Shown: positions 8,643 through 18,162 of the stretch, in pieces
Layout: every line of letters begins with the position of its first letter
Numbering within the stretch: the stretch's first letter is position 1
Assembly: GCA_963796235.1 (NCBI GenBank)
Contig: CAWCKX010000002.1
Span: forward strand, 843,764 to 907,763
Length of the DNA: 64,000 bases
Direction of reading: 5' to 3'
Source: an uncultured cyanobacterium
Lineage (GTDB): Bacteria > Cyanobacteriota > Cyanobacteriia > Phormidesmidales > Phormidesmidaceae
Notes under the pieces: generated by a model
The model's input: the letters and a program-made list of their open reading frames with translations, nothing else
What the model was told of the DNA's origin: nothing
The model's database searches: none
Translations under genes and position numbers: made by a program

Positions 8643-10040
8643 TTGCCCTATTTTCAACGCCTCGCTCAAAAATTTGCTCAACAGATTACGCCGCCATCGC
8701 TGCTTACCCAATCGACCACAGCCGCCTGGGTAATGCCGTTTTGCCGCCTAGCGATCGCCAACACGCTCTCTAATCTGATGGTGCCGCTAGCCGGGCTGAT
8801 CGACACGGCCTTTTTAGGACACCTGGCAGACATTCGCTATCTGAATGGGGTAGCGCTGGCCACGGTGATTTTTAACGTGATCTATTGGAGCTTTAACTTT
8901 TTTCGGATGGGTACAACCGGACCGACCGCGCAGGCAGTGGGCCGAGACGATGAGACTGAAGTGTGGCTGATTTGCCTGCGAAACTCGCTGCTGGCTTTGG
9001 CGACTGGCGGGCTGATCTGGCTGCTGAGGGGGGAGATCGCCGCTGCCGGGTTTGCGCTACTTCAGGCCAGTCCCGAGGTTAGAGCCGCCGCCATGGAATT
9101 TTACAGCGGGCGGATTGTGGGGGCACCGGCTGTTCTCATCAATTTTGTATTACTGGGCTGGCTGCTGGGTCGCGGTCAGGGGCGGCAGGTGGTAGTACTA
9201 GCTGTTGTGGGCAATGGCAGCAATATTTTGCTCGACTACTGGTTCATCCGGCAGTTGGGCTGGGGCAGCTATGGGGCGGGGCTGGCGACAGCGCTGAGTG
9301 ACTATATTTTGCTAGCGGTAGGATTGGGGCTGATTTTGACTAGCGGAGTGCCCTGGCAGCGGTGGCCTCAGATTAAAGCTCGGCTCTGGCAGCTCAGCGC
9401 CCTCAAAACGCTGTTCGGATTAAACCGCGATATTCTCATTCGCACGTTTGCCATCGTCACAGCCATGTCGCTATTTACTAACTTCAGCTCGGGGATGGGC
9501 GATACGATCTTGGGGGTAAATACGCTGCTGATGCAGATCGTGCTGATGGCGGCTTACTTTATGGACGGCATTGCGCTGACAGTTGAGAGCTACGCAGGGA
9601 ATTTCTATGGGCGGGGAGCAGGGGGCGATCTGTACCGGCTATTGCTGCTGGGGATGGTGGGCAGCGTGATTTTGGGTGGGGCGATCGCCGTTGCGCTCAT
9701 AATCTGGCCGACCTCCTTTTTTAGCCTGCTCACCAGCCATACTGTTTTGCTCAGTCAGGTACCTCATTACGTTGCCTGGCTGCTGCCTGTACTGGGCTTT
9801 GGCGGCCTTGCCTTTACTCTCGACGGCTACTTCTTAGGGCTCACTGCCGGACGCACGCTACGAAACGCCACCCTGGTGGCTGTCGCCGTCGGCTTCTTAC
9901 CCTTGGCACTAACGGCAAGCTGGCTAAAAAGCCCTCATCTGCTGTGGCTGGCTCTCTCCGGCCTGATGACGCTGCGAGCCGTGACACTGCTCCAGCAGGT
10001 GCCCGCTACCTTACCAAAACCCATAAAAAACGATGACTGA
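8643..10040 (+). CDS. MATE family efflux transporter (DinF-like)
   Basis: PLAGLIDTAFLGHL and FFRMGTTG motifs, about 12 TM. The start may be later. Confidence 0.9.
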   Translation: MPYFQRLAQKFAQQITPPSLLTQSTTAAWVMPFCRLAIANTLSNLMVPLAGLIDTAFLGHLADIRYLNGVALATVIFNVIYWSFNFFRMGTTGPTAQAVGRDDETEVWLICLRNSLLALATGGLIWLLRGEIAAAGFALLQASPEVRAAAMEFYSGRIVGAPAVLINFVLLGWLLGRGQGRQVVVLAVVGNGSNILLDYWFIRQLGWGSYGAGLATALSDYILLAVGLGLILTSGVPWQRWPQIKARLWQLSALKTLFGLNRDILIRTFAIVTAMSLFTNFSSGMGDTILGVNTLLMQIVLMAAYFMDGIALTVESYAGNFYGRGAGGDLYRLLLLGMVGSVILGGAIAVALIIWPTSFFSLLTSHTVLLSQVPHYVAWLLPVLGFGGLAFTLDGYFLGLTAGRTLRNATLVAVAVGFLPLALTASWLKSPHLLWLALSGLMTLRAVTLLQQVPATLPKPIKNDD

Positions 10041-10130
10041 CCAGGCAGTCACCGCTAGAAAAATAGCATCTATAGCTACGGAAGCTACGGAAAGCCTGAT
10101 CTGCGATCGCTCTCCGTAGCGTTAACTGGC

Positions 10131-10517
10131 TTACTTACGGATATCTTTGGCCATGTTGCGGAACATATCCATATCGTTAGAACCCGGCTTGCGACGAGGT
10201 CGCTCAGACTTGGGCACGCCCATGTCTGGCGCAGCGCTCGACTGAGGGCTGTTAGCAGCGGCAACGTCCTGAGTCAATGGCGAAAAAACACCATCGTTAT
10301 TGGCTGCTGCCGCTTTCATCGCAGAGATTTGTCTGATGCTTTCCATATGCTCCTGACCTTTCTTTTTAGCAAAGGTGCGTCTGACCGTTTTGCTAGAGCG
10401 CATGTAGTCGATATTGCCAAAGGTCTTAGCATCGTCATCGTTGAGGTAATAAGCCTGCTTGGTCTGAGTGTCGTCTTTGGGTGCACCCTTACCAAAAACA
10501 AATTCAAAAATGCCCAT
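10131..10517 (-). CDS. Hypothetical cyanobacterial protein
   Basis: AGGAG RBS. YYLNDDDAKTFGNIDYMR...MDMFRNMAKDI. Confidence 0.7.
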   Translation of the reverse strand: MGIFEFVFGKGAPKDDTQTKQAYYLNDDDAKTFGNIDYMRSSKTVRRTFAKKKGQEHMESIRQISAMKAAAANNDGVFSPLTQDVAAANSPQSSAAPDMGVPKSERPRRKPGSNDMDMFRNMAKDIRK

Positions 10518-10730
10518 TGTTCTCCTGCTCTAAATAACTAAACGGATTATGTCTTCTTATATTAACTTTTATTTTCTTTATTAGAAAGCCTATTCCAAGA
10601 AAAACTTTAACAGAGATTAGCTAGCAGAAACCGCAGGCATTCCAACGATGAAGCCCTCACCACCGTACAAAAACGCAGGCGGCAAAGGCTGTAATTCAGA
10701 GAGCGCTGGAACAACCAGTAGGTAAATGGG

Positions 10731-11039
10731 CTACAGCTTCTGCTGATACTCCTCTAGCAAATCGATCAGATTTACCTGACACTGCATCGGCAGCAAATCG
10801 GCCAGAGGCAGCGTTTTTCTACCGCCACCAAGCTTAATCGGAATGTCTTGCAGCACTTTGGTCACCCCGTCTTCGGAGATGTCGTTGCTGATGACCATAG
10901 GCAAGAGCTTTTCTGCAAGGGGGGTATGCAGCTTAGCGTCGCCCAGATACAAATGCCACTTAGCAATGTCGATATAGATATTTTCGCCAATTTCAGCGGC
11001 GAGCGCTTCTAGGCTTTCAGTTGAGTTGGCTGCGGCCAT
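10731..11039 (-). CDS. DUF3181 family protein
   Basis: EALAAEIGENIYIDIAKWHLYL...KLGGGR, with an AAGGAGG RBS. Confidence 0.8.
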   Translation of the reverse strand: MAAANSTESLEALAAEIGENIYIDIAKWHLYLGDAKLHTPLAEKLLPMVISNDISEDGVTKVLQDIPIKLGGGRKTLPLADLLPMQCQVNLIDLLEEYQQKL

Positions 11040-11163
11040 GTTGCCTCCTTAAAAATAGAGTTTTTAGAAAATTAGAGATATCTTCAAGTTCAGCATAGGC
11101 CGACTGCCAGCAACGGCAACCTACCGAAAGAGCCAAAGGCGATACGAGCCTCTATACGGGCCT

Positions 11164-11421
11164 CTATGAGGCGTCAATTTTGGGGGTGTAGTCAGCGATC
11201 GCAAAAACATACAGCCCATGCGTAAATAACACGCCCAGGGTGATGAAAGTCACTGTCTTGGCCCAAGGCAGAGAGCCCGGATTAAGCGTATTAAAAAACC
11301 ACAGACTAGAGTTCACCGCTGCAAATCCGGCGACGTGAACAGCAAAGTTAATGCGGTCTTCTAGCTTGCGCAAGGCGGGATCGTTAGCGGGGTCAGGTTC
11401 GCGGGGCCAGCGGGGAGGCAT
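11164..11421 (-). CDS. 2TM domain protein
   Basis: MPPRWPR...RINFAVHVAGFAAVNSSLWF, two hydrophobic segments. Confidence 0.75.
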   Translation of the reverse strand: MPPRWPREPDPANDPALRKLEDRINFAVHVAGFAAVNSSLWFFNTLNPGSLPWAKTVTFITLGVLFTHGLYVFAIADYTPKIDAS

Positions 11422-11516
11422 ACGTCTTATGAGGGGTGGGTGACTACGTTATCTATTGTAGAGGGGTGGTGCGATTAACTTGGGGAGACAGGGGGCAGAA
11501 GACAGGGGGCGAGAGG

Positions 11517-12026
11517 TTATGGGGAAGGGGATTGCCAGTGACCGGATTTGCCGCCGATTTTTTCTAGAAGATGTACATCGCTAATTCGCATGGTTTTTTC
11601 TAGAGCTTTTGCCATGTCGTATAGCGTCAGGGCTGCGATAGATACTGCCGTTAGCGCTTCCATTTCTACGCCTGTTTCAGACTTAGTTTTGACCGTGGCC
11701 TGAATGCGATAGCCCGGTAAGTTGAGATCAGGCTCAATGATGACTTCAATTTTTTTCAGCGGCAGCGGGTGGCATAAGGGGATTAGCAGCGCCGTTTGCT
11801 TAGCGGCCATAATGCCTGCTAACCGGGCAGTCCCAATAACATCTCCTTTGGGCGCGTTGCCTGCGGCGATCGCTTCTAATGTAGACATCTGCATAGACAC
11901 AGTCCCTACTGCTGTAGCCTGGCGCAAAGTGGCACCTTTGGCCGAGACATCTACCATTTGGGCCTGACCTTGAGCATCTAGATGGGTGAGCGGCGTTGTC
12001 GGATCAGGCGGAGTCAAATTACGCAT
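11517..12026 (-). CDS. moaC: Cyclic pyranopterin monophosphate synthase
   Basis: LTHLD...[28 protein letters not shown]. Confidence 0.97.
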   Translation of the reverse strand: MRNLTPPDPTTPLTHLDAQGQAQMVDVSAKGATLRQATAVGTVSMQMSTLEAIAAGNAPKGDVIGTARLAGIMAAKQTALLIPLCHPLPLKKIEVIIEPDLNLPGYRIQATVKTKSETGVEMEALTAVSIAALTLYDMAKALEKTMRISDVHLLEKIGGKSGHWQSPSP

Positions 12027-12135
12027 AAAAAGGCTGAATAAGAAAACACAGGAGTCTGTACAGTTCGGCTGAAAAAATTGATCGATTTGGGTGTTCAGGA
12101 GGCGGTGGGGGTGTGCTACTATTAAAACCCGATGA

Positions 12136-12209
12136 GGGCCTGTAGCTCAGTGGACTAGAGCACGTGGCTACGGACTACGGTGTCGGGAGTTCGAATCTCT
12201 CCAGGCTCG
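12136..12209 (+). tRNA. tRNA-Arg(ACG)
   Basis: Acceptor GGGCCTG/CAGGCTC, anticodon arm CGTGG-CTACGGA-CTACG, T-loop TTCGAAT. Confidence 0.95.
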
Positions 12210-12216
12210 CTTCAAG

Positions 12217-12251
12217 AAAAGGTGTCAAGCAGAAATGCCTGGCACCTTTTT
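12217..12251. terminator. Bidirectional terminator after tRNA-Arg
   Basis: AAAAGGTGTCA...TGGCACCTTTT. Confidence 0.7.
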
Positions 12252-12374
12252 GTTTTGCCTCATTTGGAGTGCAAATATTGGGCGCGGCTGCCGTGCGAAT
12301 AGCTCTGGATACTGGCCGATTTGAGACAGGCAAGCTTTTGAGGACGCACTCGTCAGCAAAGGCGAACGGGCGAC

Positions 12375-13325
12375 CTATCCTAGAGGCACCCACTGGCTTG
12401 CCGCTTCGCCCACTACCGTTTTGAGCGCCCAGCTACGCAGCAGCGCATCCACCTCAACCGGGGCATCGTCATGGGGGCAATGCCCGGCATTCAGGTGGTG
12501 TTCTTCTAGATTGGCGTAGTGCTTCTGAAAGAGTTCGCTACGTGTGTAAGTATTCATCCACGGGTCGGCGTCTCCCCAAATTAGCAGCAGCGGGCAGGTC
12601 ATCTGGGCGAGCAGCGTATCGACATATTCACCGCGCTCGGCTTTGAACAGGGCAGCAAAGGCAGCAGGCGCTTCTGGGTCAGTAGCCGGGCGATAGATAT
12701 CTTCAATCAGCTGGTCGGTGACTTCGGCTTTGTTGACATAGACCTGCTCTAGCGTTCTGCGAATGTACGAGCGGTTGCGCACAAACTGAAAGACCACCCA
12801 GCTCGGCAGTGGCGAAAGAATTACCGCTTTGATCAGTTCGCTGATCGCCTGTTGCAAAGGGTTGGGCTTCTGGTCGCTTTGCTGCTCGCTAAAAGAACCG
12901 ACGCCATTGAGCATACAGACGCCTGCCACTGCCTCAGGACGGGTCGCACCGGTATATAGGCTGCTGTAGCCGCCAATAGAGTTACCGGCGACAATCGCGC
13001 TGCGGCCAATTACCTGATCGATAAAGTCGGCAATTTGATCGCGCCACAGGTCGGGGCTATAGCCACTGCTAGGCTTAGAAGAACGCCCAAAGCCGATGAG
13101 GTCTAGCGCGTAGACTTCAAAATCGGTTTGCAGTTCGGCGATGTTTTTACGCCAGTGATCGGTCGAAGCGCCAAAGCCGTGGATCAGCAGCAGCGGTGGT
13201 CTTTGCGGATACTCTTCGGCGCGAGCTATTCCGGCCTGGGTGTAGTGAACCCGGTAATTGCGCCACTGCCAGTAGGCTCCGTTTTGGGCGGGGGGAAGGG
13301 GAGAACTCAGCGCGGTAGCGACCAT
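12375..13325 (-). CDS. Alpha/beta fold hydrolase
   Basis: LLLIHGFGAS, GNSIGG nucleophile elbow, GHCPHD. Confidence 0.93.
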   Translation of the reverse strand: MVATALSSPLPPAQNGAYWQWRNYRVHYTQAGIARAEEYPQRPPLLLIHGFGASTDHWRKNIAELQTDFEVYALDLIGFGRSSKPSSGYSPDLWRDQIADFIDQVIGRSAIVAGNSIGGYSSLYTGATRPEAVAGVCMLNGVGSFSEQQSDQKPNPLQQAISELIKAVILSPLPSWVVFQFVRNRSYIRRTLEQVYVNKAEVTDQLIEDIYRPATDPEAPAAFAALFKAERGEYVDTLLAQMTCPLLLIWGDADPWMNTYTRSELFQKHYANLEEHHLNAGHCPHDDAPVEVDALLRSWALKTVVGEAASQWVPLG

Positions 13326-13510
13326 TTTGCTCGTAAAGAAAGGTAAAGGGCTATTCTCAGTTTATCTCGGAGAGATAGTCAACAGCAGGTTTTGCTTTCT
13401 CTTTTCTCTCTACGGGCTGAGCCTCTTAAGATGCTGGCCAGAGATTTCGGCCAGAGATTTCGGCCAGAGACCGGCCTCAAACCGATAGACTAGAAGCACG
13501 ATAACAAGGG

Positions 13511-14971
13511 ATGTGGACTATGACCGGGCTATCTCGGAGGCGATCGCCCGCTGGCACTGCTAAAAAGCGTCATCCCCGACGAACCACCTGGTTCGAGCGT
13601 CTGATGGCGGCATTGGCGTTAGTCAATCTGGGCTTGGTTTTATTCAACTTAAGCTACATTCGCTTTCGCGATGCGTACCTGCAAGTCTGGCCAGAGCCGA
13701 CTGTTTGGTACGGCGAGCGGTTTAAAGGCATTGAGCCCGAGCGTACAACAGTCGGCTATCTGGCATTGGTAGACAGTCTGGAGCAAAGGCTAGCGAGCGG
13801 TACAGCTACCTCTAATCTATCTGCTCGCGCCAGACAAAGTCTGCTTGATCAGCTCCGCGAGCAAAGCGTCGTCATCGTCGATGAAAACCCGTTTGAAACA
13901 GCCGGTAAATCTGGCACGCTAGAGCGTATTAAAAACCTGATGCGCGAGCAAGTGGGCGACGAGTCTTCTAAAGCGGCCTTTCGCACCTTTTGGAGTGAAG
14001 ACTACTTGCAAGCTAACGGCGCGGTTGATGAATTAGCTTTTTTTGACGAGCAAATTCGACCGCTAATGCAGACCAACTACTACCGGGGCATCAGCGAAAG
14101 CGGCGGGCCGGTTGACCTGTTCTGGCAAATTGATATTTGGTTTATGGCCCTGTTTGCCGCTGAATTTTTGGCCCGCACCTACGTTCTCAGTCGCCGCCAT
14201 CCCCACACTAGCTGGATCGATGCGATGCTATGGCGCATTTACGATGTGCCGCTATTTATTGGCGTATGGCGCTGGCTGCGGGTGATTCCGGTGACGGTAC
14301 GGCTGCATCAGGCCCGCTGGGCAAATCTGACCCCGGCTCGCAACCGCCTTAGCCGGGCGCTGGTCAGCCAGTTTGCCGTAGAGCTGACTGAGATTGTGCT
14401 GCTGCGAGTGGTCGATCAAGCTCAGCGACTGGTGCGCGATGGCGATCTTAGTCGCTGGCTGCTGAATGACTCTAACCGCCGCTATGTAGATATTAATGGG
14501 GTAGACGAGGTGCAGGCGATCGCCAAACACCTGAGCGATATCGTCGTTTACAAAGTACTGCCTCAGATCAAACCCGAACTCGATGCCTTACTACAGCACA
14601 GCGTTGTCGGGGCGCTGCACCAGGCCCCCGCCTATCAGGGGCTAAAGCTCATGCCCGGCTTTGACGCTCTGACAGCGCAGGTTTCTCATCAAGTGGCAAC
14701 AGACCTCTCAAAAAATCTGACAGCAGCCATCCAGACCGCCTTTGCCGATGAAAAAGGAGCCGCCTTAACCAGCCAGCTAGTCACCAGCTTTAGTGAACAT
14801 TTGCGCAGCGAGGTGCAAAACGCTGCAACTCTCGATGAAGTGCGTAGCCTGATCAACGACCTGCTCGAAGAAATTAAAATTAACTATGTAGAGCGTATCG
14901 CCGATGAAGACGACGAGCAGCTAGAGGCTTCGCGCTATCGGCTTTACGGCACAACACAGCGAGTTCGGTAG
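13511..14971 (+). CDS. Conserved cyanobacterial membrane protein
   Basis: Long ORF with TM segments and an Arg-patterned WRWLRVIPVTVRL helix. Confidence 0.75.
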   Translation: MWTMTGLSRRRSPAGTAKKRHPRRTTWFERLMAALALVNLGLVLFNLSYIRFRDAYLQVWPEPTVWYGERFKGIEPERTTVGYLALVDSLEQRLASGTATSNLSARARQSLLDQLREQSVVIVDENPFETAGKSGTLERIKNLMREQVGDESSKAAFRTFWSEDYLQANGAVDELAFFDEQIRPLMQTNYYRGISESGGPVDLFWQIDIWFMALFAAEFLARTYVLSRRHPHTSWIDAMLWRIYDVPLFIGVWRWLRVIPVTVRLHQARWANLTPARNRLSRALVSQFAVELTEIVLLRVVDQAQRLVRDGDLSRWLLNDSNRRYVDINGVDEVQAIAKHLSDIVVYKVLPQIKPELDALLQHSVVGALHQAPAYQGLKLMPGFDALTAQVSHQVATDLSKNLTAAIQTAFADEKGAALTSQLVTSFSEHLRSEVQNAATLDEVRSLINDLLEEIKINYVERIADEDDEQLEASRYRLYGTTQRVR

Positions 14972-15184
14972 AGGGCTCACATTGGGTTTGAGTCAACACC
15001 CTCCAAGAATGAACTCAACTGCATTTGGGTGACATGCGCTAAACTGTTTATCGCACGCGAGTAAAGTGCTGCCTCTGCCATGACTTTAAGCATGGCCTAG
15101 CGGGCGGCACCGTACTAGCGGCTCTAGATAGTCTATCGGTTTAGCTATCTGGCCTAATTCGTCTGACCTTACCGGGTCACAGCG

Positions 15185-15218
15185 AAAAGTGGGAGCTTTA
15201 AAAGAGCCCGCTTTTTTT
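15185..15218 (+). promoter_or_regulatory. rimP leader terminator/attenuator hairpin
   Basis: AAAAGTGGG...CCCGCTTTTTTT about 105 nt upstream of rimP, resembling the known rimP leader. Confidence 0.65.
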
Positions 15219-15323
15219 ATTGGGTATCTACACAGGCGGGCTCATCTCTGCACTCACGATGCCGTCGTGCGGTGCTGATAGGTCTAAAGAAACGTTTTGG
15301 TCTTATAGATCTTACGAGAAGCG

Positions 15324-15791
15324 ATGACACATCCTTTAGTTCCTCAGATAATTGAGCTGGCCTCACCGCTGGCGAATAGCATCGGCTTAGAAATTGTCGG
15401 CGCGGTGTTTCAAACCAACCAGAGCCCGCCTGTGCTGCGGATAAATGTGCACAATCCCAATCAGGAAGATACTGGGCTAGATGACTGTGAGCGCTTGAGC
15501 GTGGCCCTGACTGAAGCCCTAGATGAGTCTGACTTGATCCCGGAGGCTTACGTGCTGGAGGTGTCGAGCCCTGGGGTGTCGGATGTGCTAACGAGCGATC
15601 GCGATTTTGCCGTCTTCAAAGGCTTTCCGGTCGAAGTGCAGCTGAGCGAACCCCACAAGAAAAAGCAAACCTGGCAGGGAAGCCTAGTCGGTCGCGATGA
15701 GGAAAAAGTCTCGCTGAACTTGAAAGGAAGAGCGATCGCCCTGCCCCGCAGCCTCGTTCAGTCAGTGCAGCTCAGTACCGAGGAATCCTGA
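15324..15791 (+). CDS. rimP: Ribosome maturation factor RimP
   Basis: TGLDDCERLS and YVLEVSSPG. Upstream of nusA. Confidence 0.96.
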   Translation: MTHPLVPQIIELASPLANSIGLEIVGAVFQTNQSPPVLRINVHNPNQEDTGLDDCERLSVALTEALDESDLIPEAYVLEVSSPGVSDVLTSDRDFAVFKGFPVEVQLSEPHKKKQTWQGSLVGRDEEKVSLNLKGRAIALPRSLVQSVQLSTEES

Positions 15792-15925
15792 GTCTACCCA
15801 AGCGTCACTGAACATTTGCTGACTATTCATCACTTCAGCAGTTCAATCGCTTTCTTGTTCTGTCCAGTTTTTCAACTTTAATCCAGTTTTTTAGCTTTTC
15901 CAGTTTTTTAACTTTCTAAGAGGTC

Positions 15926-17500
15926 GTGCCTATGTCGATGGTGAGTCTGCCCGGTTTACAAGCAATGATTGACGGCATCAGCCAAGAACGCAACCTGCCC
16001 AAAACCGCTGTCCAAATGGCGCTCCAAGAAGCGCTGCTCAAAGGCTACGAGCGCTATCGCCGCACTCAGCACATTGACAGCAGCCAGTTTGATGAAGAAT
16101 ACTTTGAAAACTTCTACGTAGAGCTAGACACCGAAGACGAAGGCTTTCGCGTCTTAGCCAACAAAACCATCGTCGAAGCCGTCGAAAATTCCGACCATCA
16201 AATCGGGCTGCAAGAAGTGCAGCAAGTCGCTCCCGAAGCCCTCGCTGGCGATACTGTGGTGCTTGATGTCACCCCTGAGCAAAGTGACTTTGGTCGGATG
16301 GCCGCCATTCAGACTAAGCAGGTACTTGCTCAAAAGCTCCGTGACCAGCAGCGGCGGCTGATCCAGGAAGAATTCCAAGATTTAGAAGGCTCTATTCTCA
16401 ATGCGCGGGTGCTCAGGTTCGAGCGGCAGTCAGTAATCATGGCCGTCAGCAGCGGCTTGGGCCAGCCCGATACCGAAGCCGAACTGCTCAAGCGCGACCA
16501 GCTCCCTAACGACAACTACCGGGCCAATGCCACCTTCCGCGTTGCCCTCAAACGGGTTTCCGAAGGGTCGCATCGGGGGCCGCAGCTACTGGTATCGCGG
16601 GCTGACGCTAGCCTGGTAGTTGAGCTATTCTCCAACGAGGTGCCCGAAATTGAAGACGAAATTGTGCGGATTGTGGCGGTTGCTCGTGAGGCAAACCCCC
16701 CTTCTCGTTCGGTAGGGCCGCGCACTAAAATTGCCGTAGATACCGTAGAGAGCGATGTCGATCCGGTTGGAGCCTGCATCGGTGCCCGAGGCTCTCGCAT
16801 CCAGGTAGTGGTCAACGAGCTGCGCGGCGAAAAAATTGACGTGATTCGCTGGTCTCCTGATCCTTCTACCTACATCTCTAATGCGCTTAGCCCGGCCCGC
16901 GTAGACGAAGTTCGCCTAATGGACTCAGAAGGCCGACAGGCCCATGTGCTAGTCCCCGAAGACCAGCTGAGTCTAGCCATTGGTAAAGAGGGCCAAAATG
17001 TCCGCCTCGCTGCCCGCCTAACTGGATGGAAAATAGACATCAAAGACGTTGCCAAATACGACTACGATGCCGAAAACCAGAAGATGGCTGAAATTGCCGA
17101 CGCCAGACGGGTCACTGAGGAAGCTGCTGCCGCTGCTGCCGCTGAAGAAGCTGCTGAGATTGCTGAAGCAGAAGAGTGGAAAGCTAAAGCCAGAGCTGCT
17201 GCTGAAGCCAAACGTGCTGCCGAAGCCGGTGAAGAGCCCACTGAAGAGCCCACTGAAGAGCCCGCTGAAGAGCCTGCCGAGGCACTGATTGAGGAGCCTG
17301 CTGAGGTCGCGCACCCAGCCAGCGAAATAGCTGGTGATGAGACGGGCAATCCGACATTAGAAGAGACAACGACTGCCAGCCCAGAATCAGAGGCCGAAGC
17401 CGATCTATCTGAGGGCAGCGATATGGCAACTGAAACAACTGAGACAGCTGCCGTCGAACCCATATCTGAATCGGAGGCATCTGAATCGAAGGCAGTTTAA
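15926..17500 (+). CDS. nusA: Transcription factor NusA with acidic low-complexity tail
   Basis: [51 protein letters not shown]. Confidence 0.97.
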   Translation: MPMSMVSLPGLQAMIDGISQERNLPKTAVQMALQEALLKGYERYRRTQHIDSSQFDEEYFENFYVELDTEDEGFRVLANKTIVEAVENSDHQIGLQEVQQVAPEALAGDTVVLDVTPEQSDFGRMAAIQTKQVLAQKLRDQQRRLIQEEFQDLEGSILNARVLRFERQSVIMAVSSGLGQPDTEAELLKRDQLPNDNYRANATFRVALKRVSEGSHRGPQLLVSRADASLVVELFSNEVPEIEDEIVRIVAVAREANPPSRSVGPRTKIAVDTVESDVDPVGACIGARGSRIQVVVNELRGEKIDVIRWSPDPSTYISNALSPARVDEVRLMDSEGRQAHVLVPEDQLSLAIGKEGQNVRLAARLTGWKIDIKDVAKYDYDAENQKMAEIADARRVTEEAAAAAAAEEAAEIAEAEEWKAKARAAAEAKRAAEAGEEPTEEPTEEPAEEPAEALIEEPAEVAHPASEIAGDETGNPTLEETTTASPESEAEADLSEGSDMATETTETAAVEPISESEASESKAV

Positions 17501-17560
17501 CGATACGCCCGGACTTAAAGCAACCATCAAGGCGGCAATTAAAGCGCTAGCAAAGAAAAA

Positions 17561-17830
17561 ATGGCAGAGAAAAATCATCGCCTGTGCATCAGCTGTCGCC
17601 AAGCGGCGCATCGAGATACCCTATGGCGGGTCGTCCGCACTTTTCCCGACCATCAAGTACAGCTAGATCAGGGCATGGGGCGATCTGCCTATCTCTGCCC
17701 TCAGGCTTCCTGTCTTGAGGCTGCTCAAAAGAAAAATCGCTTAAGCCGTATGCTACGGGCCCAAGTGCCGCCTGAAATCTATCATTCTCTATCGCAGCGG
17801 CTTGATAAAAATCTAGAGAAGGAGGCTTAG
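17561..17830 (+). CDS. ylxR: YlxR (DUF448) RNA-binding protein
   Basis: RLCISCR...GRSAYLC, between nusA and infB. Confidence 0.9.
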   Translation: MAEKNHRLCISCRQAAHRDTLWRVVRTFPDHQVQLDQGMGRSAYLCPQASCLEAAQKKNRLSRMLRAQVPPEIYHSLSQRLDKNLEKEA

Positions 17831-18162
17831 ATTCACCAAAGACTGCCAGCGAGCCAATACATAGCTACATCGCCAATACGTTAGGAAGGATCGCGGGATA
17901 TCGCTTTTACAGGCGGACGCTGGAGGCAACCGCCGGTAAGAATTCATACTAAGAGGCAGAAGCCATATTCCCAACGTTTTGATTACAATGTCCGGATAGT
18001 TAGCTTGGTGAATCCAAAAAGTAGCTAACATCACAGACTGCGTTTAAAGCTGGAAATTGACCACCGCTGTACTCTATGCTTTAGAGTCAAGCGTGTTAAT
18101 TCAATAAGGGCAATTGGTCTTATGTAGAACACATCGTCAAGTCAGGTTTTAAGAGGGAAAGG

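Noticed and set aside
12136-12260. tRNA-Arg or tRNA-Ala (24704-24776) as island integration sites
   Set aside because: I saw no integrase and no duplicated tRNA 3' end, and the flanking genes look like core genes.
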